Assembly: GCA_000998275.1 (NCBI GenBank)
Contig: LCDA01000004.1
Span: 4,360-68,359, forward strand
Source: Candidatus Collierbacteria bacterium GW2011_GWA2_42_17
GTDB lineage: Bacteria; Patescibacteriota; Microgenomatia; UBA1400; MFAQ01
DNA: 64,000 nucleotides
Direction of reading: 5' to 3'
The notes under the pieces were generated by a model. It did not search any database. It had not been told where the DNA came from and worked only from the letters and a program-made list of their open reading frames with translations. Positions 1 to 9,184 of this stretch are shown here, in pieces; position 1 is the first letter of the stretch; each line of letters begins with the position of its first letter. The translations under genes were made by a program, and so were the position numbers.

Positions 1-189
1 AACCAAGCCACTGAAAAAGGATTAACCGATGCCACTATTGGTGACTACCTCAATTTCTTCCGCTATGGCTGTCCTCCTCACGGTGGTTTAGGTGCCGGTC
101 CCAGTCGTTTTATTATGAAGATGCTCGGCATCGACAATATTCGTGAAGCAACCTATCTTTATCGTGGTGTTAAAAGACTCACTCCCTAA
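1..189 (+). CDS. aspS: Aspartyl-tRNA synthetase, archaeal/non-discriminating type, 3' end only
   Basis: Frame 1 reads ...YLNFFRYGCPPHGGLGAGPSRFIMKMLGIDNIREATYLYRGVKRLTP*, the class IIb motif 3 and C-terminus typical of archaeal-type AspRS. Truncated by the window edge. Confidence 0.8.
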   Translation, partial: NQATEKGLTDATIGDYLNFFRYGCPPHGGLGAGPSRFIMKMLGIDNIREATYLYRGVKRLTP

Positions 190-190
190 A

Positions 191-1564
191 ATGGAAAAAC
201 CAACCAAAGACGCCACTCTGGAAAAAATTATTTCCCTTGCCAAACGTCGTGGTTTTATCTTCCCCGGTTCCGAGATCTATGGCGGTCTGGCCAACACCTA
301 CGACTTCGGTCCTTTGGGTACTGAGTTAAAACGGAATTTAATCAACCTTTGGTGGAACACTTTTGTTTCTTCCCGTTCCGACATGTTTGGTTTGGATACT
401 TCCGTTATCATGAGCCCCAAAGTCTGGGATGCTTCAGGTCACACCGAAAACTTCACTAATGTCATGATCGATTGTCTTACCTGTCATTACCGCACTCGTG
501 CCGACCACCTAATCGAAGATGCCGTTAAGAATATTGAAAACGTGGAAGGTAAACCTTTAAAAGAACTCGATGAAATAATCAAGGATCAAGGAATCAAGTG
601 TCCCAAGTGCGGCAACAAAACCTGGACTAAAGTCAGAAACTTCAATCAGCTTTTTGAAACCCAGATCGGTATCATCACTGAAGGCAAAAGTACCGCCTAT
701 CTTCGAGGAGAGTTGGCCCAAGGAATGTTCGTTGACTTCAAACAAGTTTTAGACTCTATCCACCCAAAACTTCCTTTTGGTCTGGCTCAGTCCGGCAAAG
801 CTTTCCGTAATGAAATCACCATGGGCAAGTTTACTTTCCGTACCCTCGAGTTTGATCTGGCCGAGTTTGAGTACTTTGTCAAACCAGACGAATGGGAAAA
901 GTACTTTGAGTACTGGAAAAAAGAGATGTATGAGTTTGCCCTCTTTCTTGGTATCCCCGCCGAGAAACTTCGTTGGAGAGCCCACACCAAAGAAGAGCTT
1001 AGTCACTACAGTTCCCGTACCGAAGATCTTGAGTACGAATTTCCTTGGGGTTTCAAGGAAATGTTTGGTCTCGCCTATCGTACCGACTTTGACCTAAAAA
1101 ATCACATCGAAAAATCAGGTGTTGACCTTCGCTACACCGACCCCTACACTCAGGAAAAATTCATTCCCCACGTCATCGAACCCACCTTTGGTCTTTCCCG
1201 ACTTCTCACCATCATTCTCATGAACGCCTATTTCGAAGATATCGAAAAGCAGAGAGTAGTTATGAAATTCCCCTCAGTTTTAGCCCCCTACAAAGTTGCC
1301 GTCTTCCCCCTGGTAGGCAACAAAGAAGAACTTAGTAACAAAGCCAAGGAAATCTTCACTCTGTTAAAAGCCAAAATGAGTACGGTGTTAGACGAAAGAG
1401 GCAATATTGGTAAACGTTATTTTACCCAAGACGAAATCGGCACCCCCTACTGCATTACCGTTGACTACGACACTCTTGAAGATGACACCGTAACCGTAAG
1501 AGAAAGAGACACTGCACAACAAAAACGCGTCAAAATAAACGATCTCTTAAATTTCTTAAAATAA
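191..1564 (+). CDS. glyQS: Glycyl-tRNA synthetase, alpha2 (homodimeric) type
   Basis: KRRGFIFPGSEIYGG, YLRGELAQG, GKAFRNEI, PHVIEPTFG and the anticodon-binding domain DEIGTPYCITVDYDT. Start moved to the ATG at 191, right after the aspS stop. Confidence 0.95.
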   Translation: MEKPTKDATLEKIISLAKRRGFIFPGSEIYGGLANTYDFGPLGTELKRNLINLWWNTFVSSRSDMFGLDTSVIMSPKVWDASGHTENFTNVMIDCLTCHYRTRADHLIEDAVKNIENVEGKPLKELDEIIKDQGIKCPKCGNKTWTKVRNFNQLFETQIGIITEGKSTAYLRGELAQGMFVDFKQVLDSIHPKLPFGLAQSGKAFRNEITMGKFTFRTLEFDLAEFEYFVKPDEWEKYFEYWKKEMYEFALFLGIPAEKLRWRAHTKEELSHYSSRTEDLEYEFPWGFKEMFGLAYRTDFDLKNHIEKSGVDLRYTDPYTQEKFIPHVIEPTFGLSRLLTIILMNAYFEDIEKQRVVMKFPSVLAPYKVAVFPLVGNKEELSNKAKEIFTLLKAKMSTVLDERGNIGKRYFTQDEIGTPYCITVDYDTLEDDTVTVRERDTAQQKRVKINDLLNFLK

Positions 1565-1565
1565 C

Positions 1566-2195
1566 TTAGTACGGCTTTTGTTTACCACTTGCGTTTTCAC
1601 ATCTATTTTTTGGATCACCACACTCATTCTTACAAACTGAATCTGTGTAGTATAAATTAGGACATAGACTAAGTTCCGCATCTTGATACAGTTCACAGGA
1701 TCCCTCTCTGCCCCCACCCGGAGCGCAAACAAATGAACACCTGACCAAGTCGATGTTGGCACTGGAAACGCCATAGTTGTAAAAACAGTCCGGTCCACAA
1801 CCCCCAAGACAACCGACGTCACTAATTGAAATGTCACTTAAATTTGATAGTAGGGTATACACCCGAAACGACTGCAAATCCCCTCTTCTTATTTGGTAGA
1901 AATAAGGTTCTTTTGTAACCGGGTCACAAGGTATCGAGTTTAAGATACTTTGCGATTTGTACATCAAAGGTTGACCACAATCGGGAAGTTCTTCCGGATA
2001 CTGTTCCGCAAAACTATAGTAAACATCCATATTAACCTTAATACTGTGGAGATCAGCCTTTCGACGAGCATCATAGGCTTTGTTTATCAGTGGTGGAATA
2101 AAAATTGACGAAGAGGCAGCCAAAATTGACAAAATACCAATGACTATTAATACTTCAAGTAGAGTTATACCTCTCGTCTTTAAATACTTAATCAT
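1566..2195 (-). CDS. Type IV pilin / pseudopilin-like protein with a cysteine-rich C-terminus
   Basis: Prepilin motif RG|ITLLEVLIVIGILSIL followed by KAYDARRKADL; 12 Cys in the globular part. Confidence 0.8.
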   Translation of the reverse strand: MIKYLKTRGITLLEVLIVIGILSILAASSSIFIPPLINKAYDARRKADLHSIKVNMDVYYSFAEQYPEELPDCGQPLMYKSQSILNSIPCDPVTKEPYFYQIRRGDLQSFRVYTLLSNLSDISISDVGCLGGCGPDCFYNYGVSSANIDLVRCSFVCAPGGGREGSCELYQDAELSLCPNLYYTDSVCKNECGDPKNRCENASGKQKPY

Positions 2196-2216
2196 CCAAA
2201 CAAATTATAGTCTAAG

Positions 2217-2242
2217 TGACATAGCAAAATTGGGCTATGTCA
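2217..2242. repeat. Perfect 9-bp inverted repeat (hairpin or operator)
   Basis: TGACATAGC-AAAATTGG-GCTATGTCA, just upstream of the pilin -10 box. A second small hairpin, GGGAC-CGT-GTCCC, follows at about 2247-2259. Confidence 0.5.
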
Positions 2243-2343
2243 GACAGGGACCGTGTCCCCTGGCTCATCTTTGGAGATCTAATCCCAACACCTAAACACA
2301 TAAGAGAACCATATCTTCTGCCTCCAATAAGTACAAATGTGTA

Positions 2344-3096
2344 TTACTTAAAATCTCTTACACATCTATACGCTTGGAGTAATGGAACGTAGTTTGCTTT
2401 CACTTCATTTCCCGTTGCCAACTGAAAAATTATATGACATTGTCCATTTTTTGACACCCAGCAACGTTCATACTCGCTTGTTGTTGCTGTCCACCAAACC
2501 GAAAAGTTTGGTGACCAAACTCTATTTGCTTTGGCTACCTCTCGAGTTTCCTCCAATGTTGGCAATCTCCATATATTTTGCTGGCTGTTTACTAAATTTT
2601 TACCCTCTTTATCTAGATGAGAACATGTTTCGCTAGCTTTGTCCCAACTGGTTCCATTTACCCATCCCAGCCAGGGAATTAAGTGGTTACCCGGAAAGTC
2701 TGTAGGTACAATCGGAAAACCAGGACCCGGGGGTGCCAATTCTATTGTTTTTTTCTCCCAGCTCACTTTCGCCTCAAATTTAGAAGTGTTTCCATAAATA
2801 TAAACAACCTCTGAAATTATCCCTGTTGCAGTCAATGCCTGTGGTAGTAAAACCAAAAAATAAATTGCAATTTTTGACCACCCCTTTGCTTTTCTGTCCA
2901 TACATGAAGCTACAAATATCAAGGCGGTTGTACAAACCAACCATAGTGCCCCGAAAAATTCAAAGTCCGAGATATACACCCTTTCAAAATATTCTGCGAT
3001 CGCCGCACTCCCAAAATAAAACGTTAAGAAGGATAGTAAAAGTAATAAAATAAAAAGAAGACTCCAGTTTACAACCTCCTTTGTCCTAAACCACAT
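2344..3096 (-). CDS. Membrane protein with a C-terminal DUF1566/Lcl-like (C-type lectin fold) domain
   Basis: Three N-terminal TM segments, then SWDKASETC, WRLPTLEE, WWTAT and a terminal YRCVR, which are typical DUF1566 motifs. Confidence 0.65.
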   Translation of the reverse strand: MWFRTKEVVNWSLLFILLLLLSFLTFYFGSAAIAEYFERVYISDFEFFGALWLVCTTALIFVASCMDRKAKGWSKIAIYFLVLLPQALTATGIISEVVYIYGNTSKFEAKVSWEKKTIELAPPGPGFPIVPTDFPGNHLIPWLGWVNGTSWDKASETCSHLDKEGKNLVNSQQNIWRLPTLEETREVAKANRVWSPNFSVWWTATTSEYERCWVSKNGQCHIIFQLATGNEVKANYVPLLQAYRCVRDFK

Positions 3097-3213
3097 AGCC
3101 TCAATTATAGATTATTCGGTCAATCTCTTTCAACCTCGAAGTGATACACTACTTAGTGGCTATAGGATCGTAAGTTTCTAGACCCTGAAGCTCAACCCCA
3201 TCACCTTTTGGCT

Positions 3214-4518
3214 CTAAATTTTTTCGGCAACCATCTTAACCTCCAGAAGTTCCTGTTTCCCCGTCGTCATATTTTTTAGGCTTACTTTCTTCTTGGCCAC
3301 TTCGTCTTCACCAATAATAGCCACGTAGGGAACTCCTATTTTATTCGCATACATTAGTTTCTTCTTAAATTTATCATCTTCGGTATAAAGCTCTGTCGGC
3401 ACCCCCAACTCTCTCAGTTCCCCTGCCACCTCTAAGGCAAAAGACATATTCGCTTCCATCGGGATCACCAAAACTTTTGCCGGTGTCGCTCTGGTTGCTT
3501 TTATCACCCCCACATCAAGAAGTTGCGAGAACAGTCTGGTGAGGCCAATCGATACCCCTACACCAGGGAAACTTTGGTTACTAAAACTCTCGGCCAAGTC
3601 GTCATATCGCCCTCCTCCACAGACACTTCCTTTAACTCTCTCGTCTAGAAGTTTTGTTTCGTAAACCGTTCCGGTGTAATATGACAGTCCTCTGGCGATA
3701 GCTAGATCAATCTGTAGATTTTTCTCGTTCACCCCAAACTTTATCGTTTTTTCTACCACCTCTGCTAACTCTGATACCCCCATTTTAAATAACTCACTTT
3801 TGATTTCCATCTTGTTTAGTATTTCCAAAATCTTTGCGTTACTTCCCGAGGTTTTTACAAACTCCAAAATCTTCTCTGCCTCACCAACCTTAATTTCCAA
3901 ATCAATCAGCATTTGTTTTGCCGTTTCCCATCCCACTTTTTCTAGTTTATCTACCACCCTCAGTACTTCATCTTTTTTTTCTCCAACTCCATACTCCTCC
4001 ATCAAGCCACTCAGTATCTTTCGGTTACTCATCCTGATGACAAAATCCCCCAGCTGTAGTTTCTCAAACACCCTATTAATCACCGCCGGAATCTCGGCGT
4101 CATTTACCAGACTCAAACTTCCACTGCCCACAATATCAATATCGGCTTGATAAAACTCACGGAAACGACCTTTTTGTGGTCGCTCACCGCGATAAGCCTT
4201 ACCGATTTGGTATCTGCGAAAGGGGAATGTCAAACTGTTACCATACATCGCTACATATCGAGCCAAAGGCACCGTCAAATCAAAACGCAGACCAAGATCA
4301 TCATCCCCTTTGGAAAAACGATATATCTCCTTTTTTGTATCATCACCAATCTGTGCAAAAAGTATCTCCGCATTTTCCACCAAAGGAGTATCTAAAGGGG
4401 CGTATCCAAACTCTTCAAACGTTTCGGATATCGTCTTCATCATTTTATTAAACAAAATTTGCTGCGCTGGCAGTAGCTCCATAAAACCTGCTTGAATTCT
4501 TGGTGTAACTTTAGCCAT
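3214..4518 (-). CDS. hisS: Histidyl-tRNA synthetase
   Basis: LRFDLTVPLARY, YRGERPQKGRFREFYQAD, RGLSYYTG, GGGRYDDL. Confidence 0.97.
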   Translation of the reverse strand: MAKVTPRIQAGFMELLPAQQILFNKMMKTISETFEEFGYAPLDTPLVENAEILFAQIGDDTKKEIYRFSKGDDDLGLRFDLTVPLARYVAMYGNSLTFPFRRYQIGKAYRGERPQKGRFREFYQADIDIVGSGSLSLVNDAEIPAVINRVFEKLQLGDFVIRMSNRKILSGLMEEYGVGEKKDEVLRVVDKLEKVGWETAKQMLIDLEIKVGEAEKILEFVKTSGSNAKILEILNKMEIKSELFKMGVSELAEVVEKTIKFGVNEKNLQIDLAIARGLSYYTGTVYETKLLDERVKGSVCGGGRYDDLAESFSNQSFPGVGVSIGLTRLFSQLLDVGVIKATRATPAKVLVIPMEANMSFALEVAGELRELGVPTELYTEDDKFKKKLMYANKIGVPYVAIIGEDEVAKKKVSLKNMTTGKQELLEVKMVAEKI

Positions 4519-4521
4519 ATC

Positions 4522-5727
4522 CTATCTTACAATCTTTAAGTACTTACGTTTACCCACTCTTACCACTCCCTTTCCCACTGGTAACTCCACTGACTTCTTT
4601 TCGACCCTCACCCCATTTAAGTAAACCCCTCCCTGTTCAATCAGTCTCTTGGCTTCTCCGTTGCTCGTTGCCATTGAAAGTTCCACCATCATTCTAATTA
4701 AATCCTCAACCGTAATTGTTTCTTTATCCCATCTCACTTCTGGCGCATTTTCATCCACCTTTTTCTCCACCACCGTCTTTTGGAAAAATTCTTCCGCCGC
4801 ATCTACTTCTCCCTTTCCACAAAGCTCCTTGACAATTGTTCGTGCCAACTCTCGCTTGATATTCATCGGATTTTCGCCGCTTTCCAGTCTCTTTTTGGCA
4901 TCTTCAATTACTACATTGTCAACATTTGTTCCCATTAAATAATAGGTGAGTATCATATTGTCTTTTAAAGACATTACCTTTCCAAAAATTTCCTCAGGCG
5001 AGTCCTCAATCCAGATTGCATTTCCCCAAGTCTTACTCATTTTCCGACCATCGGTTCCTGGCAAAAAGCCGTTCGCTACAATACTCGAGTCCTTACCCTT
5101 AATATTCTTAATTAGAGTTCTTCCCGCTTGCATATTAAAGATCTGGTCGGTTCCCCCTATCTGGATATCCGTGTCCATCGCCATACTGTCATACCCTTGC
5201 ATAATAGGGTAAAGCACCTCCGGTAAACTGATACTCTTCCCCTCCGCTAGCCTTTTTTTAATTAATTCTCGGCTTATAAAGTCATTTAAAGAAAAATGAC
5301 TCGTCAACTTCAATACTCCCGCAAAGTCAAGTTTCGAAAGCCACTCGCTGTTAAAATGTAATTCAATTTTTGAAAAATCCAAAAACTTTTTTGCTTGTCT
5401 CTTGTAAGTCTGAAAATTTTCCTCAATTTGTTCTCTGGTTAAAATCGGCCTTTCGGACTCCTTGTCTGAAGTGTCACCCACAATTGCCGTAAAATCACCA
5501 ATTAGAAATGTTACATGGTGTCCCAGCTCTGCCAAAATTTGTAGTTTTCGAAGAGGAAATGCATGACCCAAATGAATTTTTGTCGCGGTCGGATCAATTC
5601 CCAAATAGACATTCAAAACCTTTCCCGAGTTCAGCAGTTTCTCTACTTCAGCCTTACCCGGCACGATATTTTCCACTCCACGAGTCAGGAAACTATCAAT
5701 TTTTGCCTTTTTCTCCGCTTCTTCCAT
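4522..5727 (-). CDS. tyrS: Tyrosyl-tRNA synthetase
   Basis: YLGIDPT, HLGH (HIGH motif), YPIMQGYD, GGTDQ, KMSKT and a C-terminal S4 domain ending VGKRKY. Confidence 0.97.
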   Translation of the reverse strand: MEEAEKKAKIDSFLTRGVENIVPGKAEVEKLLNSGKVLNVYLGIDPTATKIHLGHAFPLRKLQILAELGHHVTFLIGDFTAIVGDTSDKESERPILTREQIEENFQTYKRQAKKFLDFSKIELHFNSEWLSKLDFAGVLKLTSHFSLNDFISRELIKKRLAEGKSISLPEVLYPIMQGYDSMAMDTDIQIGGTDQIFNMQAGRTLIKNIKGKDSSIVANGFLPGTDGRKMSKTWGNAIWIEDSPEEIFGKVMSLKDNMILTYYLMGTNVDNVVIEDAKKRLESGENPMNIKRELARTIVKELCGKGEVDAAEEFFQKTVVEKKVDENAPEVRWDKETITVEDLIRMMVELSMATSNGEAKRLIEQGGVYLNGVRVEKKSVELPVGKGVVRVGKRKYLKIVR

Positions 5728-5852
5728 ACCTATATTCTACCTCAATACCCAAGGAAGCTTTTCACCACTCACAACTGGTATGGAATCACCCACAAAGACG
5801 CCGTTAAATTTATTATTTGAATGTAAAATTTCTTTTACTTACCTTTTACAAA

Positions 5853-6251
5853 CTAATCATTTGTTTTAAAAATTTTTACCCCCTTAATTTTTACAAAGTC
5901 CTTAACATTCAAAGTAACTAGCTCAGCCTTCTTATTTATCATCGCACAAGAAGCAACCATCGCATCTGCTAGTGACACACCAAAATTTCGACGTATTTTT
6001 CCAGCCATTTTTGCTTCATTTTCACTCAGTTCTTTTACAATAGTTATCTCCAACATTCTCTTCAAATATCTTTCCTTCTTTGAATCATTTACAGATTTTC
6101 CTGACCACAATTCAGCGACCACCACTGCGGGAACTATTAGTTCAATCGTGTTTTTTTCTTTCTCTTCAACTAACCTCAACCACAAACCCTTACCAGTTCT
6201 TAAAAATTCGATTATTATCGACGAGTCAATAATTATTTTTTTCATTACCAA
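5853..6251 (-). CDS. PIN-domain (VapC-like) toxin
   Basis: IIIDSSIIIE, VVAEL, SLADAMVAS and LVTLNVKDF carry the PIN acidic residues; overlaps the upstream antitoxin gene. Confidence 0.85.
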   Translation of the reverse strand: MVMKKIIIDSSIIIEFLRTGKGLWLRLVEEKEKNTIELIVPAVVVAELWSGKSVNDSKKERYLKRMLEITIVKELSENEAKMAGKIRRNFGVSLADAMVASCAMINKKAELVTLNVKDFVKIKGVKIFKTND

Positions 6252-6505
6252 TTTTTGACATTCTTATCCATGCTCATTTTAGCCTTCTGCATATCTGAAA
6301 AGTCGTGTTCATCAAAAATCCCATCCACCTTTTTTAAGTCATTTCTATATTTCGTGTAGTCAAATGCTTTTTCAGCTGTCACCGGAGTAAATTTCACTTT
6401 GACCCTATTACCTTTTTTTATCATCACTTCTTTCCCATCAAAATACACTTCATCCAAAATGGAAAAGAAATTTTTTCTGGCTTCCGTAGCATTAATTAAC
6501 TGCAT
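6245..6505 (-). CDS. Phd/YefM-family antitoxin
   Basis: N-terminus INATEARKNFFSILDEV..GKEVMIKK is the Phd/YefM signature. Confidence 0.85.
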   Translation of the reverse strand: MQLINATEARKNFFSILDEVYFDGKEVMIKKGNRVKVKFTPVTAEKAFDYTKYRNDLKKVDGIFDEHDFSDMQKAKMSMDKNVKNW

Positions 6506-6507
6506 AT

Positions 6508-6542
6508 ATGTACATTATGTACACAATGTACATATTTGTCAA
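6508..6542 (-). promoter_or_regulatory. Sigma70 promoter overlapped by three TGTACA palindromes (Phd/YefM operator)
   Basis: Minus strand TTGACA (6537-6542)-17 nt-CATAAT (6514-6519). TGTACA occurs at 6509, 6518 and 6527 and is the core of the known yefM operator. Confidence 0.75.
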
Positions 6543-6545
6543 GTA

Positions 6546-8459
6546 TTACATTTCTCTCATCATCTCCGTAACTGTCTTTCCTCCCTTAAGCCCTTTTTCA
6601 AGGACGGGCCATAGTTTGTTGATGATCACCATCTTCGGCCTTTTCACCTTCGTTTTATCCAAAACTCCCAGTTCTAGTAGTTGTTTCACGGAATATAAAT
6701 CAAACCCATTTACATATAGTACTTCCTCTACTCCCTCTTTTTTTAATCTCTCGGTCACCTTACTCTGCTCCAGATACTTCAATTGATCGGAGGTAGTAAT
6801 CTTTCCGGAATCATCATCAAGAGGAGTATGTTCCCTAAAAAGTCTCATCGCCCTATCGTAGGCATAATTAAATATTTGTTCAAAGGTTTCCTCATCTTCA
6901 AACATTTTTTCTCTGCCCACCCCCAATTTTTTTGCCCTCATCTCCGCAATCAAACCCAAGCAATCTCTAAATGTCCCGCCGTTTTTCTTCAACTCTAGGC
7001 TTCGAAAATATACACTCTCTGGCTTTTTCTCTTTCCCCGTCATCCATTTCCACGTTATGTCCTCTACGTTTTTTGCTCCGGCTTCTTCCAATATTGAATC
7101 TCGTCCACCTGCCGAGTATTTTTTCATGATCTTCAGTTTTAAATTCAACGCTTCTGTATTTTCGTGACTCAGTGCGTGCCCCTCTATCTCATGAGAAATC
7201 ACCGACAAAAACTCCATTACTCCACGATCGGAATCATTTGGAATAAAAACTTTTTTCGAATTTGAATTAACACTCATTGTCCCAACACTGGATTTTCTTT
7301 TTATAACTTTCCAATCTTTTTCATACCCATACTCCTTCAACATCCAGTTTGCTATCAGCATTTGTTCATCACTGTTTACTCTGTATTCCTCAACTTCCCC
7401 TTCTTTATCGCTCTCGACCTCAATCACTGTTTTCTTCATCCAATCGGTCATGATATTTCTATTTCCCGCTTCATCAAAACTTTCATCAACGCCATGAATA
7501 AACTTATCAACCCCTTCGGCTTGTCTATTGTTGGTTTTAAATATCTCTTTTCCTTCCACCCCCGCCGCGTTCCACAATAGTAAATCGTCGGCAATCTGCC
7601 AGTTAGTATATTTTCGATAAATATCTAAGACTATTACTTTCGCTCTATCAATTTTTTCTTCACTTTCACTCAATTTTAACTGTTCATTCTTTACTTTTAT
7701 TTTAAACTCCTTTAGTTTTTCTAACCTTTCCTTGTTTTCACTGGGAGCAACTAGTCTGCAAATCGCCCTTGGATTTTCCACCTTACTTACATCGCCCAAA
7801 CTTTTTCTATACTGTTCTTTCACTGTTTCTCTTGCCCACAACGAACTATAGTCATGAATATTTCTTCTCCACCGATAAGGAATCGTCTTCAAATCTAGTT
7901 TTGAAAAAATATCAATCACTTCATCCACAGAAAACCTCGACTCAACTTTGGCTATCGGTTTTTTAATCTCTTCCTCTTTCCCGGTTTTTTCCTTAATCAC
8001 CTCGACAAATTTTTTAAAATGCACCCCTTCTTCATCTTCCTTTTTTTCCCGACCGAATATATCTTGAAACACTGCCTCGTAAACATCTGCCAATAAATCT
8101 TTATCCCCGACATCCAAACCATACTTAGTCATTTCCTGTTTTGTCCAGTCCATTAGTTCCCTCCCCTTTTTATAGATTACCTCCACCATTCTCTGCCCCT
8201 CATTGTTCATCAATGCACCCACATATACTTCGTGGGTGTCTTTATCAATTTTCTTTATTTCTTTTAACTCGTCGAACAAACCGGATTCAAAACCCAACAA
8301 GACTTTTTTCTCTTCTTCCGAAAGATCAAGGCTTTTCTCAACTTTAAATGCCCCCTCTTTTTCCGCGAACACCGACGGCCTTAGGGGATAAGGGAAAGTT
8401 GGTCCGCTTTCAAATTGATATGGCATTTTAATTAAATGGTTAGGATTTTCCTCACCCAT
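6546..8459 (-). CDS. DUF1704 / MATCAP-like (Tyr/Phe carboxypeptidase family) putative zinc metallopeptidase
   Basis: HExxxH (SHEIEGHALS) followed by EEAGA, then downstream RLFR and YLE motifs as in DUF1704; long Glu/Lys-rich N-terminal region. Confidence 0.6.
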   Translation of the reverse strand: MGEENPNHLIKMPYQFESGPTFPYPLRPSVFAEKEGAFKVEKSLDLSEEEKKVLLGFESGLFDELKEIKKIDKDTHEVYVGALMNNEGQRMVEVIYKKGRELMDWTKQEMTKYGLDVGDKDLLADVYEAVFQDIFGREKKEDEEGVHFKKFVEVIKEKTGKEEEIKKPIAKVESRFSVDEVIDIFSKLDLKTIPYRWRRNIHDYSSLWARETVKEQYRKSLGDVSKVENPRAICRLVAPSENKERLEKLKEFKIKVKNEQLKLSESEEKIDRAKVIVLDIYRKYTNWQIADDLLLWNAAGVEGKEIFKTNNRQAEGVDKFIHGVDESFDEAGNRNIMTDWMKKTVIEVESDKEGEVEEYRVNSDEQMLIANWMLKEYGYEKDWKVIKRKSSVGTMSVNSNSKKVFIPNDSDRGVMEFLSVISHEIEGHALSHENTEALNLKLKIMKKYSAGGRDSILEEAGAKNVEDITWKWMTGKEKKPESVYFRSLELKKNGGTFRDCLGLIAEMRAKKLGVGREKMFEDEETFEQIFNYAYDRAMRLFREHTPLDDDSGKITTSDQLKYLEQSKVTERLKKEGVEEVLYVNGFDLYSVKQLLELGVLDKTKVKRPKMVIINKLWPVLEKGLKGGKTVTEMMREM

Positions 8460-8486
8460 TCCACATCTTTATTCTACTCTACAACC

Positions 8487-8885
8487 TTATATTTCAGATA
8501 TTACAAAGCTGGACAATTTTTTATCAAAAGTAAACAGCTTTGCTCCCAGTTCCTTGGTCTTTTCCAATATCAAACAATCAACATACGACAATTTTACAGA
8601 GGCATAGCGCTCCAAAGTAGCCAATATTACTTGGTTATTTTCTTGCAAAACTATATCTGAAATCAAGAATGCCTTCAACTTCTCTGCTATATCAACCCGT
8701 GTCGCCCTATAAACCGTCTCGAGTACATATACGCACTCCATCACCACTTCTCCGATAACAACCACAGTACCACTGTTCTTCCTTATTTTTAATAACTCCT
8801 TTTGCACCACCAGATACTGATCCTCATTATCTCTCAGCAAATACCGCAGTATTGCATTGGTGTCAAAAACTGATATCTTAGCCAT
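8487..8885 (-). CDS. PIN-domain (VapC-like) toxin
   Basis: VFDTNAILRYLL, ECVYVL, SYVDCLI, LFTFDKKL. Confidence 0.88.
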   Translation of the reverse strand: MAKISVFDTNAILRYLLRDNEDQYLVVQKELLKIRKNSGTVVVIGEVVMECVYVLETVYRATRVDIAEKLKAFLISDIVLQENNQVILATLERYASVKLSYVDCLILEKTKELGAKLFTFDKKLSSFVISEI

Positions 8886-9147
8886 TTTTGTACTCTTCGG
8901 CTATTGCCTTTTGCATTGCGCCTTTTTCCATTTTCATAATTTCTTTCGGGGTTTTGTCCTTGATGGCGTACTTATTCAAAGAACCTCCAAGAGACAGTAT
9001 GTCCCCAACAGGCTCAACTAGCCAACCGGTTTTTACTACTTTAATTACGACCTTGGCAGGTTTCTTTATTTTATGCAACCTCAGCATCCTAGCTGGAATA
9101 CTAATCTGTCCCTGGCTAGTCAAACTAATCAACTGTGTCATAAGCAT
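8878..9147 (-). CDS. AbrB/MazE/SpoVT-family antitoxin
   Basis: LTSQGQISIPARM is the AbrB signature; overlaps the PIN gene. The real start may be the ATG at 9141. Confidence 0.85.
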   Translation of the reverse strand: MLMTQLISLTSQGQISIPARMLRLHKIKKPAKVVIKVVKTGWLVEPVGDILSLGGSLNKYAIKDKTPKEIMKMEKGAMQKAIAEEYKNG

Positions 9148-9148
9148 T

Positions 9149-9177
9149 AATATAATGTATTTACATTACATTGTCAA
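9149..9177 (-). promoter_or_regulatory. TA promoter with a palindromic operator
   Basis: Minus strand TTGACA (9172-9177)-17 nt-TATATT (9149-9154); inverted repeat TAATGTA-TT-TACATTA at 9153-9168. Confidence 0.65.
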
Positions 9178-9184
9178 GTTTCCA

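Noticed and set aside
2243-2262. REP/IS200-type end hairpin GGGAC-CGT-GTCCC
   Set aside because: Single short copy with no transposase or RAYT in the window; could be chance.
5728-5852. T-box leader for tyrS
   Set aside because: No UGGNACC bulge or Stem I; a -10 box sits 6 nt from the tyrS start, implying a leaderless transcript.
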